A DNA stretch of 64,000 bases from assembly GCA_965233735.1 (NCBI GenBank), contig OZ247501.1, positions 102,531 to 166,530 of the forward strand, read 5' to 3'. This stretch comes from Rickettsiales bacterium. Its GTDB lineage: Bacteria > Pseudomonadota > Alphaproteobacteria > CAJXXZ01 > 1604HC. Shown piece after piece: positions 30,831-41,419 of this stretch. The notes below the pieces were generated by a model. It worked only from the letters and a program-made list of their open reading frames with translations. It had not been told where the DNA came from and ran no database searches. Each line of letters starts with the position of its first letter. Position 1 is the first letter of the stretch. A program made the position numbers and the translations under genes.

Positions 30831-32156
30831 ATGAACAATCAAAAAAATAAACCTAATATGCAAGATGATACTTTTATATCAAATTCTCAACATGAACAAG
30901 ACGCAAATGAAATTGATTTATGTGTATTAAGAAAAAGAAAAAATAAAGAGTTAGTAAAAATTGCAGAATCTTTAAATTTAAATTTAGATAATATACACAA
31001 TAAAGACTTACTATTATCAATAGTGAGAAATTATTCTGAAAAATCTTATATTATTAAGGCTTCAGGGACCTTAGAAGTTATGAATGAAGGTTATGGATTT
31101 ATTAGATTCGCGGCAGAGGATTACACTCTTTCTGATGATGATGTTCATGTTCATCAAAAATTTATTTCTAAGTTTAATTTGAAACCTGGAGATACTCTTG
31201 ATTTTCATATAAAAATTCCTGAAAACAATTCGAAAAATTACTCATTAAGTAAAGTTGTTTTAATTAATGGTAAGCCTGCTAAGAGATTATTAGGAAGGTG
31301 CGCTTTTGAATCGTTAACAGCGTTGTATCCTGATGAAAAAATATCATTAGAAACTGAAAAAAATAATTTAAGTTTAAGAACTTTAGATTGCATAACTCCA
31401 ATTGGATTTGGTCAAAGAGCTTTAATTGTAGCTCCTCCAAGAACAGGTAAAACAAGTTTGTTGCAAAATATTGCTAATGCGATATATGAAAATCATAAAG
31501 ATGTTGTATTAATGGTGTTATTAATTGGAGAAAGGCCAGAAGAAGTAACAGATATGCGAAGATCTGTTCATGGAGAAGTTATTAGCTCAACATTCGATGA
31601 GCCAGCTTCTAGGCATGTTAAAGTTGCTGATATTGTAATTGAAAAAGCTAAGCGTATGGCAGAAGATGGGAAAGACGTTGTGATTTTAATGGATTCTATT
31701 ACTCGTTTAGCCCGTGCTTATAATTCTGTAATTCCTTCATCTGGAAAAGTATTAACTGGTGGTGTTGATGCTCATGCTTTGCAATATCCTAAGAAATTTT
31801 TCGGATCAGCTAGAAATATTGAAGAAGGTGGATCTTTAACAATAATAGGAACAGCATTAGTAGACACTGGTTCAAGAATGGATGAAGTTATTTTTGAAGA
31901 ATTTAAAGGAACTGGTAATGCAGATATAATTCTAGATAGAAAATCAGCTGACAAAAGAATTTTTCCTGCTTTGGATATTATAAAATCTGGAACAAGAAAA
32001 GAAGAGTTATTAAGAAGTAAAGATGAATTAGCAAAAATTTGGTTGCTAAGAAGAATTACTGCTGATATGAATACAACTGAAGCTTTGGAATTCTTTTTAG
32101 ATAGGTTGAATAGCACTAAAAACAATGATCATTTTTTCAGGATGATGAATAATTAA
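30831..32156 (+). CDS. rho: Transcription termination factor Rho
   Basis: GYGFIR, APPRTGKT, ERPEEVTD, DSITRLARA, EEFKGTGN, SGTRKEELL. Confidence 0.98.
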   Translation: MNNQKNKPNMQDDTFISNSQHEQDANEIDLCVLRKRKNKELVKIAESLNLNLDNIHNKDLLLSIVRNYSEKSYIIKASGTLEVMNEGYGFIRFAAEDYTLSDDDVHVHQKFISKFNLKPGDTLDFHIKIPENNSKNYSLSKVVLINGKPAKRLLGRCAFESLTALYPDEKISLETEKNNLSLRTLDCITPIGFGQRALIVAPPRTGKTSLLQNIANAIYENHKDVVLMVLLIGERPEEVTDMRRSVHGEVISSTFDEPASRHVKVADIVIEKAKRMAEDGKDVVILMDSITRLARAYNSVIPSSGKVLTGGVDAHALQYPKKFFGSARNIEEGGSLTIIGTALVDTGSRMDEVIFEEFKGTGNADIILDRKSADKRIFPALDIIKSGTRKEELLRSKDELAKIWLLRRITADMNTTEALEFFLDRLNSTKNNDHFFRMMNN

Positions 32157-32718
32157 AAAAACATATTTATATATAGATGAAGTTGGCTATGGTCCTTGGG
32201 CTGGGCCTGTTGTTGTTTGCGGAATTGTTTCCGAAAATAAAGTTGCAAATTCTTTAGTTCGTGATTCAAAATCACTAACAAAAAACATGAGAAATAAGAT
32301 GTTTTATGAAATTATATCTAATTATAAATTTGTATTAAGTTGGTCACATTCATTTGAAATAGATAAGTTAGGATTAAGGGTTTCTACAGATAAAGCAATT
32401 ATACAACTATGCGATATGTGTGAAAATATAGAGGAAGTTTTATTAGATGGTAATTATGTTCCAAAAAGTAATTATAATATTAAAAGTCTTGTTAAAGGGG
32501 ATAAAAATAATTTGATGATTTCTTATGCTTCTATAATTGCAAAAGAAGTGAGAGATAACTATATGAGAAGAATTGCAGAAATATATCCACAGTATATGTG
32601 GAATTCAAATGTAGGATATGGAACTAAAGCGCACATTGAAGCAATTAAAAAATATGGAGTTACTAAATTTCATAGATTGAGTTATAAGCCTTTGTCTATA
32701 TATTCAAATATATTATAG
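32149..32718 (+). CDS. rnhB: Ribonuclease HII with non-canonical (ATA/ATT) start
   Basis: Frame extends 46 codons upstream of the ORF-track ATG 32287 and contains IDEVGYGPWAGP and DSK. Also LDG, ASIIAKEVRD, GYGTKAH. Confidence 0.88.
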   Translation: MIKKTYLYIDEVGYGPWAGPVVVCGIVSENKVANSLVRDSKSLTKNMRNKMFYEIISNYKFVLSWSHSFEIDKLGLRVSTDKAIIQLCDMCENIEEVLLDGNYVPKSNYNIKSLVKGDKNNLMISYASIIAKEVRDNYMRRIAEIYPQYMWNSNVGYGTKAHIEAIKKYGVTKFHRLSYKPLSIYSNIL

Positions 32719-32749
32719 TTGTGTATTAACATATAATTAATATACAATA

Positions 32750-34099
32750 ATGGTTATGTTAGTATTACTATGTTTGTTAACTGGGGCTTTAATAGCAGAT
32801 AGCTCAGTTACTGATGATTATGATTATGAATATAGAGGTAAATCTCCAATTGATATTACTGGAAATATAGAAATGATTGGAAATACTCTTTTTAAAGGGC
32901 CTAAGAAGCAATCTGTATCAGCTCAAAAAGAAGATGATAAAATAATAAACTATAATAATATAAAAGATATTAAAGAAAATGAAAAAATTCCATTTAATAG
33001 TTTTAAATTTTCTAGCGCTAAAATTGGTATTACATTGCAGAAATTATTTGATACTTCTAAAGCTGGAGTTCAATTTGGAATAAAGGCAAATCCAGGTTCT
33101 TTTGAAGTTGATAGTGCTAGTTTGTATATGAAAGATTTCTTTCCAAAACATGGTTTAAAATTATCCATGAGAGCTGGTTACACTTTTGGTGCTGATAAAA
33201 AAATGGAAACTTTAGGTCATGCTACTGTTGCGAAAAATTCAAACTTATACTCAATGCCAGATTATTTGATAATTCAAAATGTGATTACAAGTTCAAGGCT
33301 AGATACTACTAGTTCTAAAGCTGTTAAAATAATACTTAAAGCTAAGAAAATCTTATGTCAGCATATCAATATATCTGCCGGTATTAGTTATTGTCCTAAG
33401 AGTCCAAGTAAGGGAGGCAAGCTTTTCCAAAAAAGTGAATCTTCTGATATTTTGAAAGAACTTCAAAATCATATTGGTGTTGGTTTAAGATTAAAAACAG
33501 ATCATGGTGATTGGAAAACTCAATCTTCACTTACTTTTGCTATTGCTAACAGGCCTAAATTCGATAAAGCTGAATTAAATAAGCTTCAAGGGTTTGGTTT
33601 TGGTAAAGCTGTTATGTATAAGTCATTTGGTTTTGGAATGAATGTTGGAGTAAATTTAAATAGCCTTGTTAAAAAATATAACGAAATGCCAGAAGATATA
33701 TTAAAATCTAGAGATGTTAATGCATCAAAAGCTAATGGTGGTTATGTTGTTTGCCCTACTATGTCATTTTATATTCCATCTGGATCTTTTAAAAACACTG
33801 AATTTTATGTTTCTTACTTATATGGAAATAGAAAAACAGCTTTTATTTTTAATAATCAAAAAAATATAGAAGCAAAATCTAAAATTATTTCTATGGGAGT
33901 TGCTTTTCCTGTGAAAAATATGACTTTTGGAACAAAAATTGAATTTATGAAATTTGATAATAAAGCATATCATAGAGAAGTTGAAGTAGAATCTTTCTTT
34001 TTAAATAAAGACAGCTATGAAGTTTCTGAAATATCTAATAAGTGGATAACTGCTCTTTCATTTTCTATGAAAGTAAAAGCATCCTTTAATGCTATATAA
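32750..34099 (+). CDS. Porin-like outer membrane beta-barrel protein
   Basis: Signal peptide and many alternating amphipathic strands (ISAGISY, IGVGLRL, FYVSYLY, ISMGVAF). Confidence 0.55.
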   Translation: MVMLVLLCLLTGALIADSSVTDDYDYEYRGKSPIDITGNIEMIGNTLFKGPKKQSVSAQKEDDKIINYNNIKDIKENEKIPFNSFKFSSAKIGITLQKLFDTSKAGVQFGIKANPGSFEVDSASLYMKDFFPKHGLKLSMRAGYTFGADKKMETLGHATVAKNSNLYSMPDYLIIQNVITSSRLDTTSSKAVKIILKAKKILCQHINISAGISYCPKSPSKGGKLFQKSESSDILKELQNHIGVGLRLKTDHGDWKTQSSLTFAIANRPKFDKAELNKLQGFGFGKAVMYKSFGFGMNVGVNLNSLVKKYNEMPEDILKSRDVNASKANGGYVVCPTMSFYIPSGSFKNTEFYVSYLYGNRKTAFIFNNQKNIEAKSKIISMGVAFPVKNMTFGTKIEFMKFDNKAYHREVEVESFFLNKDSYEVSEISNKWITALSFSMKVKASFNAI

Positions 34100-34173
34100 T
34101 TTGCATTGTTTTTAATCTAAATTATTTTAATTTCTTTGTATAAATTTATTTTATAAATGTTATATTTTAAATT

Positions 34174-35142
34174 ATGTTCTTCAAATATTGTTTTGTATTG
34201 TGTTATTTTTGCATGGCTATTAATTCAAATGACTTTAAAAACAACGAACTTGCTCAAGTAGAATATAGAGATGCGAATGGTAGAGAAAATTTACAACAAT
34301 ATTTATTAGATTTATATTGTAATTTAGGTGATAACATTGAATGTGAGATTAATGTTCATAAATTCAAGAAAATATTTATCACTTTTTATAGGGATATAGA
34401 AAAACTATCTAAAAATGATATCAGTATAGAGAAAATATTCAATGAGAATAATGAAAAATATGATTATATAGAAAATATACATAAGTGTGTTTTTAAACAA
34501 CTATCTAAAAAACTAGTAAATCATATTAATGAAATAGCAGTAATGGCAACAAAAGAAACTCATTATAAAATGATGATAGAAGCAATCTCATTTATAGAGC
34601 GTGACTTTTCATCTCTTAGCTCTCAAATAAAATTTTTACAATGTGATTTTATGAGAAAATTTCTTATTCCTTTAACTTTTTCTAAAAATTCTCAGAAAAA
34701 AAATATTAATAAATTTAATGAAATATATAAAAAAATAATAAAGTTAAATATTGCAACTGATACAACTTTTATCTTCTTTAATAAGGTTGATTTGCATTCA
34801 ATAAGTTCTATAAATTTGGATAATTGTAATGAGTTGTTCAATAGCTTAAGAGAAAGGTATAAAAATGATACTAAAAATATAGAAAATATTTTTAATACAT
34901 ACGAGAGAATAGTAAAAGTATCTAATTTATATAAAGACGACATATTTAAATATTTGGTTTTTTTGAATATATATAAAGGTGATATTTCTCATATTTTGTA
35001 TGTTTCAAATATATTAATGTTTTATGATAAAAATTTGTTTAAAAATGTACTGTCTGATAATTTTGTAAATAAATTAGAAAGTATTTTTAATTGTTTTTAT
35101 AAATCTTATATTAATTTACATAGTTATGATTTAATATTTTAG
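34174..35142 (+). CDS. Secreted hypothetical protein
   Basis: 322-aa ORF with a signal-peptide-like N-terminus. Confidence 0.6.
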   Translation: MFFKYCFVLCYFCMAINSNDFKNNELAQVEYRDANGRENLQQYLLDLYCNLGDNIECEINVHKFKKIFITFYRDIEKLSKNDISIEKIFNENNEKYDYIENIHKCVFKQLSKKLVNHINEIAVMATKETHYKMMIEAISFIERDFSSLSSQIKFLQCDFMRKFLIPLTFSKNSQKKNINKFNEIYKKIIKLNIATDTTFIFFNKVDLHSISSINLDNCNELFNSLRERYKNDTKNIENIFNTYERIVKVSNLYKDDIFKYLVFLNIYKGDISHILYVSNILMFYDKNLFKNVLSDNFVNKLESIFNCFYKSYINLHSYDLIF

Positions 35143-35144
35143 AT

Positions 35145-36473
35145 CTAATTCTTAAATAATTTAACAGTATCATAATAAAATTTACAAATATTTCCTGCTC
35201 CTATAAATAAAAATGCATCTCCAGTTTTTTTGTTTTTATTAATAAAGTTTTGTATACATTCAAAAGAGTTTACTAAAGTTAGATTTGTTTGTTTGGAGAG
35301 TTTTTTGTGAAAATCTAATTCCAAGTTTTCATCCTCATCTTCTCCTGCTTTGAATATTGGTAATATAGCAACATGGTTCATTGTTGATAGGTGTTCTAGA
35401 AATTTACTGAACCCATTTCTTAATCTGCTATATTTATGTATTTCTATGATTACATATACATTGTTATATTTTTGCTTGTTCACAGTATTTAGTAATAGTT
35501 TTAAAGAATTTTGATGGTGAGAGTAATCTAATATGAAATTTACACCATTATTTTGATGAATTTCCATTCTTTTATTCATTCCCTTAAAAGATGATAAGGC
35601 ATGACGCAAATCTGCTTCATGAACATTGTATTGCATGCTGGCTAATATAGCAGCTAGTGAATTATCTATGTTGTATTCTCCAGGTATATTTAGGTATATA
35701 TCTTTAAAATTATATAATCCTTTTATATCAAAACAACTTCCATTTTGATGAATTCGTATATTGTTTGCATACAAATTTGCATTTTCATTATTACTTGAGT
35801 ATGTAATACATTTTGTGTGTGTGATGAATTTTTCTGAATCAATATTGATAATGCATTTTTCAGACTGGTTTGCAAAATTATTAAATGAATTAATTAGGTT
35901 TTCTTGAGTTTTAAAGTAATCCATATGATCTTCATCTATATTAGTTATTATATTAGTTTTTCCAGTTAATTTTTGCATAGAACCATCAGATTCATCAGAT
36001 TCAACTACAGAAATATTTCCACAGTACTGAGACGATGAGTCAAGATTGCGAATTTTATCTCCTAATATAAATGATGGATTTAAATTAGCGCAATATAATA
36101 TCCAAGAAATTAGTCCAGATGTTGTTGTTTTTCCATGTGTTCCAGATACTGCTATGGAATCTTCTGTTAGTAAATATTTAACAAAAGAAGCTCTATGAAA
36201 TACAGGTTTATTGTTTTTCAAAGCCCATATATATTGAGGATGGTCTTTGGGTATTACAGAGCTTACAATTATGCAGTCACAATCTGTGCTAGGGTTTTCA
36301 GATGTTTGAATCATGTAATCTTGGTGTTTGTAATCATCTGAGCAACTTATAATATAATCTTTGGCCTCAAGCCATGTTTTTAGAGATTGCATTCCACATC
36401 CCCCTGCTCCGATCATATGAACTTTTTTTATATTTTTACTTGGATGTTCATTAGATTTCCATAAATTTTTCAT
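35145..36473 (-). CDS. murC: UDP-N-acetylmuramate-L-alanine ligase
   Basis: GAGGCGM, GTHGKTTT, ESDESD, DEDHMD, DYSHH. Confidence 0.92.
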   Translation of the reverse strand: MKNLWKSNEHPSKNIKKVHMIGAGGCGMQSLKTWLEAKDYIISCSDDYKHQDYMIQTSENPSTDCDCIIVSSVIPKDHPQYIWALKNNKPVFHRASFVKYLLTEDSIAVSGTHGKTTTSGLISWILYCANLNPSFILGDKIRNLDSSSQYCGNISVVESDESDGSMQKLTGKTNIITNIDEDHMDYFKTQENLINSFNNFANQSEKCIINIDSEKFITHTKCITYSSNNENANLYANNIRIHQNGSCFDIKGLYNFKDIYLNIPGEYNIDNSLAAILASMQYNVHEADLRHALSSFKGMNKRMEIHQNNGVNFILDYSHHQNSLKLLLNTVNKQKYNNVYVIIEIHKYSRLRNGFSKFLEHLSTMNHVAILPIFKAGEDEDENLELDFHKKLSKQTNLTLVNSFECIQNFINKNKKTGDAFLFIGAGNICKFYYDTVKLFKN

Positions 36474-36557
36474 ATATTGTAAAAATTATATTATAAATGT
36501 TTGCATTGTACTATGTGAAATTTGATTATAGTAAAGTAAATCGTTATAATTCACTTA

Positions 36558-38174
36558 ATGAATAAGCTTATGTTAATAGATTCAGTGGATGAGTCTAACA
36601 TACAAATTGCTATTGTTGAAAATGGCAGACTTTTAAATTTCTTTTTTGAATCAAATGAAAATTACTCAAATGTTGGAAATGTGTATTTAGGTCGTGTTGA
36701 CCATGTAGAAAATTCACTTCAAGCATACTTTATAGATTATGGTGAAAATAAAAATGGGTTTTTATCTTTTTTTGCATCAAAAGACACTTTAGTTAAAAAC
36801 CAAAGAGTGATTGTTCAAGTTGTTAAAGATGAAAAAGGCAATAAAGGCGCCATGCTAACTACTTTTGTAGAAATAAAAAGTATTTTTCTAATTGCTGTGT
36901 TAAATAAAAATCCTGGATGTTCTATCTCTAAAAAAATATCTTCTAAGTCAGATAGAGATTTAATAAAATCATGGCATGAAAATATGGCAAGTGAAATTGA
37001 CTGTAACTTAATATTTAGACATGCATCAGTATATGAAAAATACAGCAAAATAAAGAGTGATTTTGAAAAAATAAAAAAACAAATTGCTTGTATTAATGAT
37101 CATCCTGAAAAAACTAAAGTTCATTTGTTAATGAAGGCTCCTTCTATAATTGAGAAATCTATAATTGATTACTATAAAGCAGATATGCAAGTTTATATTG
37201 AAGGAAAAATGTTTAATAATACTTCTAATTATGCTAAACGATTTAATCAAACAAAGCCAATATTCAAATTTTATGAAATAGAAGACCAAATAGAATCTTT
37301 GCTTCATGATAGAGTTAATTTATTATCAGGAGGATATATTAATATCCAACATACTGAAGCTTTAACATCTATTGATGTGAATTCAGGAATTTGCAAAAAA
37401 GAAAACTCAATAGACAAAACAGCTTTTTTAACTAACTTAGAAGCAGCAAAAGAAATTGCATACCAAATTAGATTAAGAGATATTGGTGGGTTAATTGTTA
37501 TTGATTTTATAGATATGTACAAAAAAGATAGCATGGATATAGTGGTGAAAGAAATTTCAGACAGCATGATTGATGATAAAGCTAAATTTAATTTGGGAGA
37601 ATTAGATAAATTTTCACTTTTCACTATTTCTAGGCAACAATTGAGAAAAAATACATTTTTATCTATGCATAAAAAGTGCACTGAATGTAATGGAGTTGGA
37701 TTTAAAAGAAAAAACTCAAGTTCATCTTCATTTATTTTAAGAAATATTTCTTATTTGATTAGAAAAAAATCAGTTGATAGTATAGTAATTAAATGTAGCT
37801 CAGAACTTGTTTTTTATATGTTAAATCACAAAAAGGATGTTATATTTTATTTGGAAAATAATTACACTAAAAAAATAAGCTTCGAAAATAATGATAACAA
37901 TGAAGTGAAAATTTTCTACTATACAAATGGAATTTCAAATGAATATATATTAAATAACATTTCTGAAAAAATTGATAATAATGAATTTATTGTTAAAGAT
38001 AATAAATCTATAGAAGTTGAAGAAGTAAGCAAAAAACCAGATAAAAAAATATCAATTGAATATGATGATTTGGTCAAAATAAGAATGTTAGCCCATGAAA
38101 ATAAATATAATTGTTCATTTATGCCAAAAAAAGAATTGATAATTATGGGCAATGAATTGATAGGTCAAATATAG
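36558..38174 (+). CDS. rne: Ribonuclease E/G
   Basis: GNVYLG, S1 domain, TEALTSIDVNSG, TNLEAA, LRDIGGLIVIDFIDM, CxxCxG. Confidence 0.92.
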   Translation: MNKLMLIDSVDESNIQIAIVENGRLLNFFFESNENYSNVGNVYLGRVDHVENSLQAYFIDYGENKNGFLSFFASKDTLVKNQRVIVQVVKDEKGNKGAMLTTFVEIKSIFLIAVLNKNPGCSISKKISSKSDRDLIKSWHENMASEIDCNLIFRHASVYEKYSKIKSDFEKIKKQIACINDHPEKTKVHLLMKAPSIIEKSIIDYYKADMQVYIEGKMFNNTSNYAKRFNQTKPIFKFYEIEDQIESLLHDRVNLLSGGYINIQHTEALTSIDVNSGICKKENSIDKTAFLTNLEAAKEIAYQIRLRDIGGLIVIDFIDMYKKDSMDIVVKEISDSMIDDKAKFNLGELDKFSLFTISRQQLRKNTFLSMHKKCTECNGVGFKRKNSSSSSFILRNISYLIRKKSVDSIVIKCSSELVFYMLNHKKDVIFYLENNYTKKISFENNDNNEVKIFYYTNGISNEYILNNISEKIDNNEFIVKDNKSIEVEEVSKKPDKKISIEYDDLVKIRMLAHENKYNCSFMPKKELIIMGNELIGQI

Positions 38175-39451
38175 TGAATCAAGACTCTGTTACCTTTGGC
38201 GTAAAATCTTTATCAATGTCAATAAAAAGGATATTAGAGTCTTCATATAGCAAAATTTATATTAAAGGTCAGATTAGTCAGCCTAAAAGAATGAATCATT
38301 TATATTTTGCTTTGAAAGAAGAAGACTCTGTTATTGATTGTATATGTTGGGCTAATGTAAGGTTAGAATTTGAGCCTCAACATGATATGGAAGTTATATG
38401 TTGCGGCAGAATTTCAACTTATCCAGGTAGATCAAAATATCAAATTATTATTTTATCTATAAAGCATATTGGTGACTCTCAAGTTTTAGAGAAAAGAAAG
38501 TTAAAATTACAAAAAGAAGGTTTGTTTGATCAAAATAAAAAACTTAAGCTTCCCAAATATCCTAAAAATGTAGGTATTATAACATCTCCTACTGGAGCTG
38601 TTTTGCATGATATGTTACATAGGTTAAAAGATAGATATCCATGTAAAGTTATTTTTCATCCTGTTTTAGTGCAAGGTGCAGATATGGTACCAAATGTTAT
38701 TGATGCAATTAATTATTTCAATGAAGCATTATTAAATGAAATTGACTTATTGATTGTTGCTCGTGGTGGTGGAAGCTTTGAGGATTTGTGGGGGTTTCAG
38801 GATGAAAATTTAGTAAGAACTATTTCTAAAAGCAAAATTCCAATCATTAGTGCTATAGGACATGAAACTGATACTACTTTGTCTGATTATGCTGCATCAT
38901 GTAGAGCTCCAACTCCAACTGCAGCAATTGAAATTGCATTTCCAGATCGAAAAGAGTTGTATAATAAACTAAGGTATTTTCAAGAAAAAATTAGTCATTT
39001 GCTTGAATTTCATTTAAATAACAGTAAACAAAAATTAATAATTTTTAAAGTAAAAACTCCAACAGAAATGATTTCTTATATTTCACGTGATTTTAAGATG
39101 AAAGTAATGCATCAAAATTATATATATAAGCAGTATTGGAACCAAAAAATTAATATGTTGAATGCTTTAGGAAAAGCAAGGTTTAATATTTCAATATTTC
39201 AAGATCAATTGATCTATAAGTTTAATGAGCTTTATAATAACTATAAAAATTATATTAATGATAACCAAAATGTTTTAAAAGAAATTATTACAAAAATGGA
39301 AAGCATATCATATACAGACACTTTACAGCGTGGTTTTTGTAGGGCTCATCATAATGATAAATTGATTAGATATAAAAAAGATGCACCAAACAAATTTTCT
39401 TTAGAATTTCAGGATGGATCTATCAAAATTATGAAAATAGAAGAAATTTAA
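38174..39451 (+). CDS. xseA: Exodeoxyribonuclease VII large subunit
   Basis: HLYFALK, ITSPTGAV, ARGGGSFEDLW, GHETD, PTPTAA. Confidence 0.95.
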   Translation: MNQDSVTFGVKSLSMSIKRILESSYSKIYIKGQISQPKRMNHLYFALKEEDSVIDCICWANVRLEFEPQHDMEVICCGRISTYPGRSKYQIIILSIKHIGDSQVLEKRKLKLQKEGLFDQNKKLKLPKYPKNVGIITSPTGAVLHDMLHRLKDRYPCKVIFHPVLVQGADMVPNVIDAINYFNEALLNEIDLLIVARGGGSFEDLWGFQDENLVRTISKSKIPIISAIGHETDTTLSDYAASCRAPTPTAAIEIAFPDRKELYNKLRYFQEKISHLLEFHLNNSKQKLIIFKVKTPTEMISYISRDFKMKVMHQNYIYKQYWNQKINMLNALGKARFNISIFQDQLIYKFNELYNNYKNYINDNQNVLKEIITKMESISYTDTLQRGFCRAHHNDKLIRYKKDAPNKFSLEFQDGSIKIMKIEEI

Positions 39452-39495
39452 ATATTATCTATTTATATATTAATTATTTGTATTAAAATAAACTT

Positions 39496-40059
39496 ATGTT
39501 TGATTTTTCATATTTAATTTATCATTATGGTTATTGGATTGTTTTCTTAGGATCAATGATTGAAGGAGAATCAATTGTTTTGACTGCTGGAATGCTTTCT
39601 GCCCATGGAGTATTATCTTTTTATAAAATTTGTATATTATCATTTATTGGAACGTGCATTGCCGATCAATTATTATATAATTTTGGATATTATATTGGGC
39701 CAGGATTTTTAGAAAAATGGAAATTAACTAGAAAATTATTTGAAAAATTAAAGCCTATAGCTTTGAAATATCAAAATGCATATATATTATCTTTCAGGTT
39801 TATTTATGGAATAAGAATTATGAGTCCTATTTTAATAGGAATAATCAAAGTAGATCCAAAAAAATATATGATATTAAATATTGTAGCCTCTTTGATTTGG
39901 TCAGTTATAAGTTGTGCTATAGGTTATACAATAGGATCTTTTACTAAAACATTAGATTTTAATCTTAAATATTTAATGATTTTTGGAGCAATGTTGGTTT
40001 TTATATTTATTTTGATTTCTAAATATATCTCTGCTTATATTATTAAAAAAAGCACATAA
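39496..40059 (+). CDS. DedA family membrane protein
   Basis: EGESIVLTAG, ADQLLY, RFIYGIR. Confidence 0.88.
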   Translation: MFDFSYLIYHYGYWIVFLGSMIEGESIVLTAGMLSAHGVLSFYKICILSFIGTCIADQLLYNFGYYIGPGFLEKWKLTRKLFEKLKPIALKYQNAYILSFRFIYGIRIMSPILIGIIKVDPKKYMILNIVASLIWSVISCAIGYTIGSFTKTLDFNLKYLMIFGAMLVFIFILISKYISAYIIKKST

Positions 40060-40104
40060 TGAATTTGATTTAATTGTTTTGTGATTTTATGTTATTTTAA
40101 AAGT

Positions 40105-40674
40105 ATGTTCAAAAATCTAACAGAATCGCAAATATATAAAATAAATCATTTTAAAGAAATGATAAGAAAATATCATGATGAGCTTCATTTGGTAAGTAAT
40201 AATGCTTTAGACAATCTTGATGAGCATATAAAAGATTCTTTGTTTTTGTGGAAATTTATTAAAGACGAACCAACTATTATAGATGTAGGTTCTGGAAATG
40301 GGCTTCCTGGAATAATTTTAGGAATTTTAGGAGCAACAGGATGTTTGGTTGATTCAAATAAGAAAAAAGCTGCATTTTTAGAAACATTGGTATCTGATCT
40401 AAAATTGAATTTAAAAGTTATGCCATGTAGTATTAAGCAACTAAGCAATATGGATGAAAAGTGGATAATTGCAAGAGGATTTGCATCTTTAGATAAGTGT
40501 TTGAAATTTACTGAAAATTTATGGGAAGGAAAAAAAGGTTTGTTTTTTAAATCAGAAGCTGTTGAAGATGAAATTAAGCATGCTTTAACAAAAAAAGGTT
40601 GGAAATTTAACTATACTATACATAATAGATATATGAGGGGAACAATAGTAGAAATAGAGAATGTCAAAACTTAA
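40105..40674 (+). CDS. rsmG: 16S rRNA m7G527 methyltransferase RsmG (GidB)
   Basis: HIKDSL, DVGSGNGLPG, KKAAFL, ARGFA; directly upstream of parAB. Confidence 0.92.
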   Translation: MFKNLTESQIYKINHFKEMIRKYHDELHLVSNNALDNLDEHIKDSLFLWKFIKDEPTIIDVGSGNGLPGIILGILGATGCLVDSNKKKAAFLETLVSDLKLNLKVMPCSIKQLSNMDEKWIIARGFASLDKCLKFTENLWEGKKGLFFKSEAVEDEIKHALTKKGWKFNYTIHNRYMRGTIVEIENVKT

Positions 40675-41419
40675 AATTATATCTATAGCAAATCAAAAAG
40701 GAGGAGTTGGAAAAACAACTACATGTGTAAATCTTGCTGCTTCTCTTGCAACTATTGGAAAAAAAGTTTTATTAATTGATTTAGATGCTCAAGGAAATGC
40801 AACTACAGCATTGAGTTTGGAAAAAAACTTAAATAATAACAGTTATAAATTATTTTACGAAAAAGTAGAGGCTGAAAATACTTTTATTCCTAATTTAGAG
40901 TGCATAGTAAGTAGTAAAAATTTATCAGCATTAGATATAGAGCTGTCCAATATAGAATCTAGAGAGTATATGTTGAAAAAAAATTTAGAGGCTTTTGAAA
41001 ACTATGATTATATTTTTATGGACTGCCCCCCTGCTTTGGGAATGATTACAATAAATGCTTTTGTTTCCTCAAATTCTATTATAATCCCAGTTCAATGTGA
41101 ATTTTATTCCCTTGAGGGAATCTCTCAGCTTTTAGAAACTATTAACAGTGTTCAAAAAAAATGGAATGCAGATTTGGAAATTGAAGGCATAGTAATGACT
41201 ATGTTTGACAAGCGTAATATTCTTGCTAATAGTGTTTTGAATGATGTTGCGAAATATTTCGATAATTATTTATATAAATCTGTTATTCCAAGAAATGTTA
41301 GGTTGTCAGAAGCTCCATCTTTTGGAAAACCTGCAATTATATACGATGTTAAATGTAGTGGGTCTCAAGCATATTTAAACCTAGCAAAGGAATTTTTGGA
41401 GAAACAAAATCATGCATAA
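40661..41419 (+). CDS. parA: Chromosome partitioning ATPase ParA
   Basis: NQKGGVGKTT, DLDAQGN, DCPP, PRNVRLSEAPS. Confidence 0.96.
   Translation: MSKLKIISIANQKGGVGKTTTCVNLAASLATIGKKVLLIDLDAQGNATTALSLEKNLNNNSYKLFYEKVEAENTFIPNLECIVSSKNLSALDIELSNIESREYMLKKNLEAFENYDYIFMDCPPALGMITINAFVSSNSIIIPVQCEFYSLEGISQLLETINSVQKKWNADLEIEGIVMTMFDKRNILANSVLNDVAKYFDNYLYKSVIPRNVRLSEAPSFGKPAIIYDVKCSGSQAYLNLAKEFLEKQNHA

Noticed and set aside
39079-39094. parS-like TATTTCACGTGATTTT in xseA (and a similar site near 63168)
   Set aside because: Only 11 of 16 bases match TGTTTCACGTGAAACA and one arm is broken.
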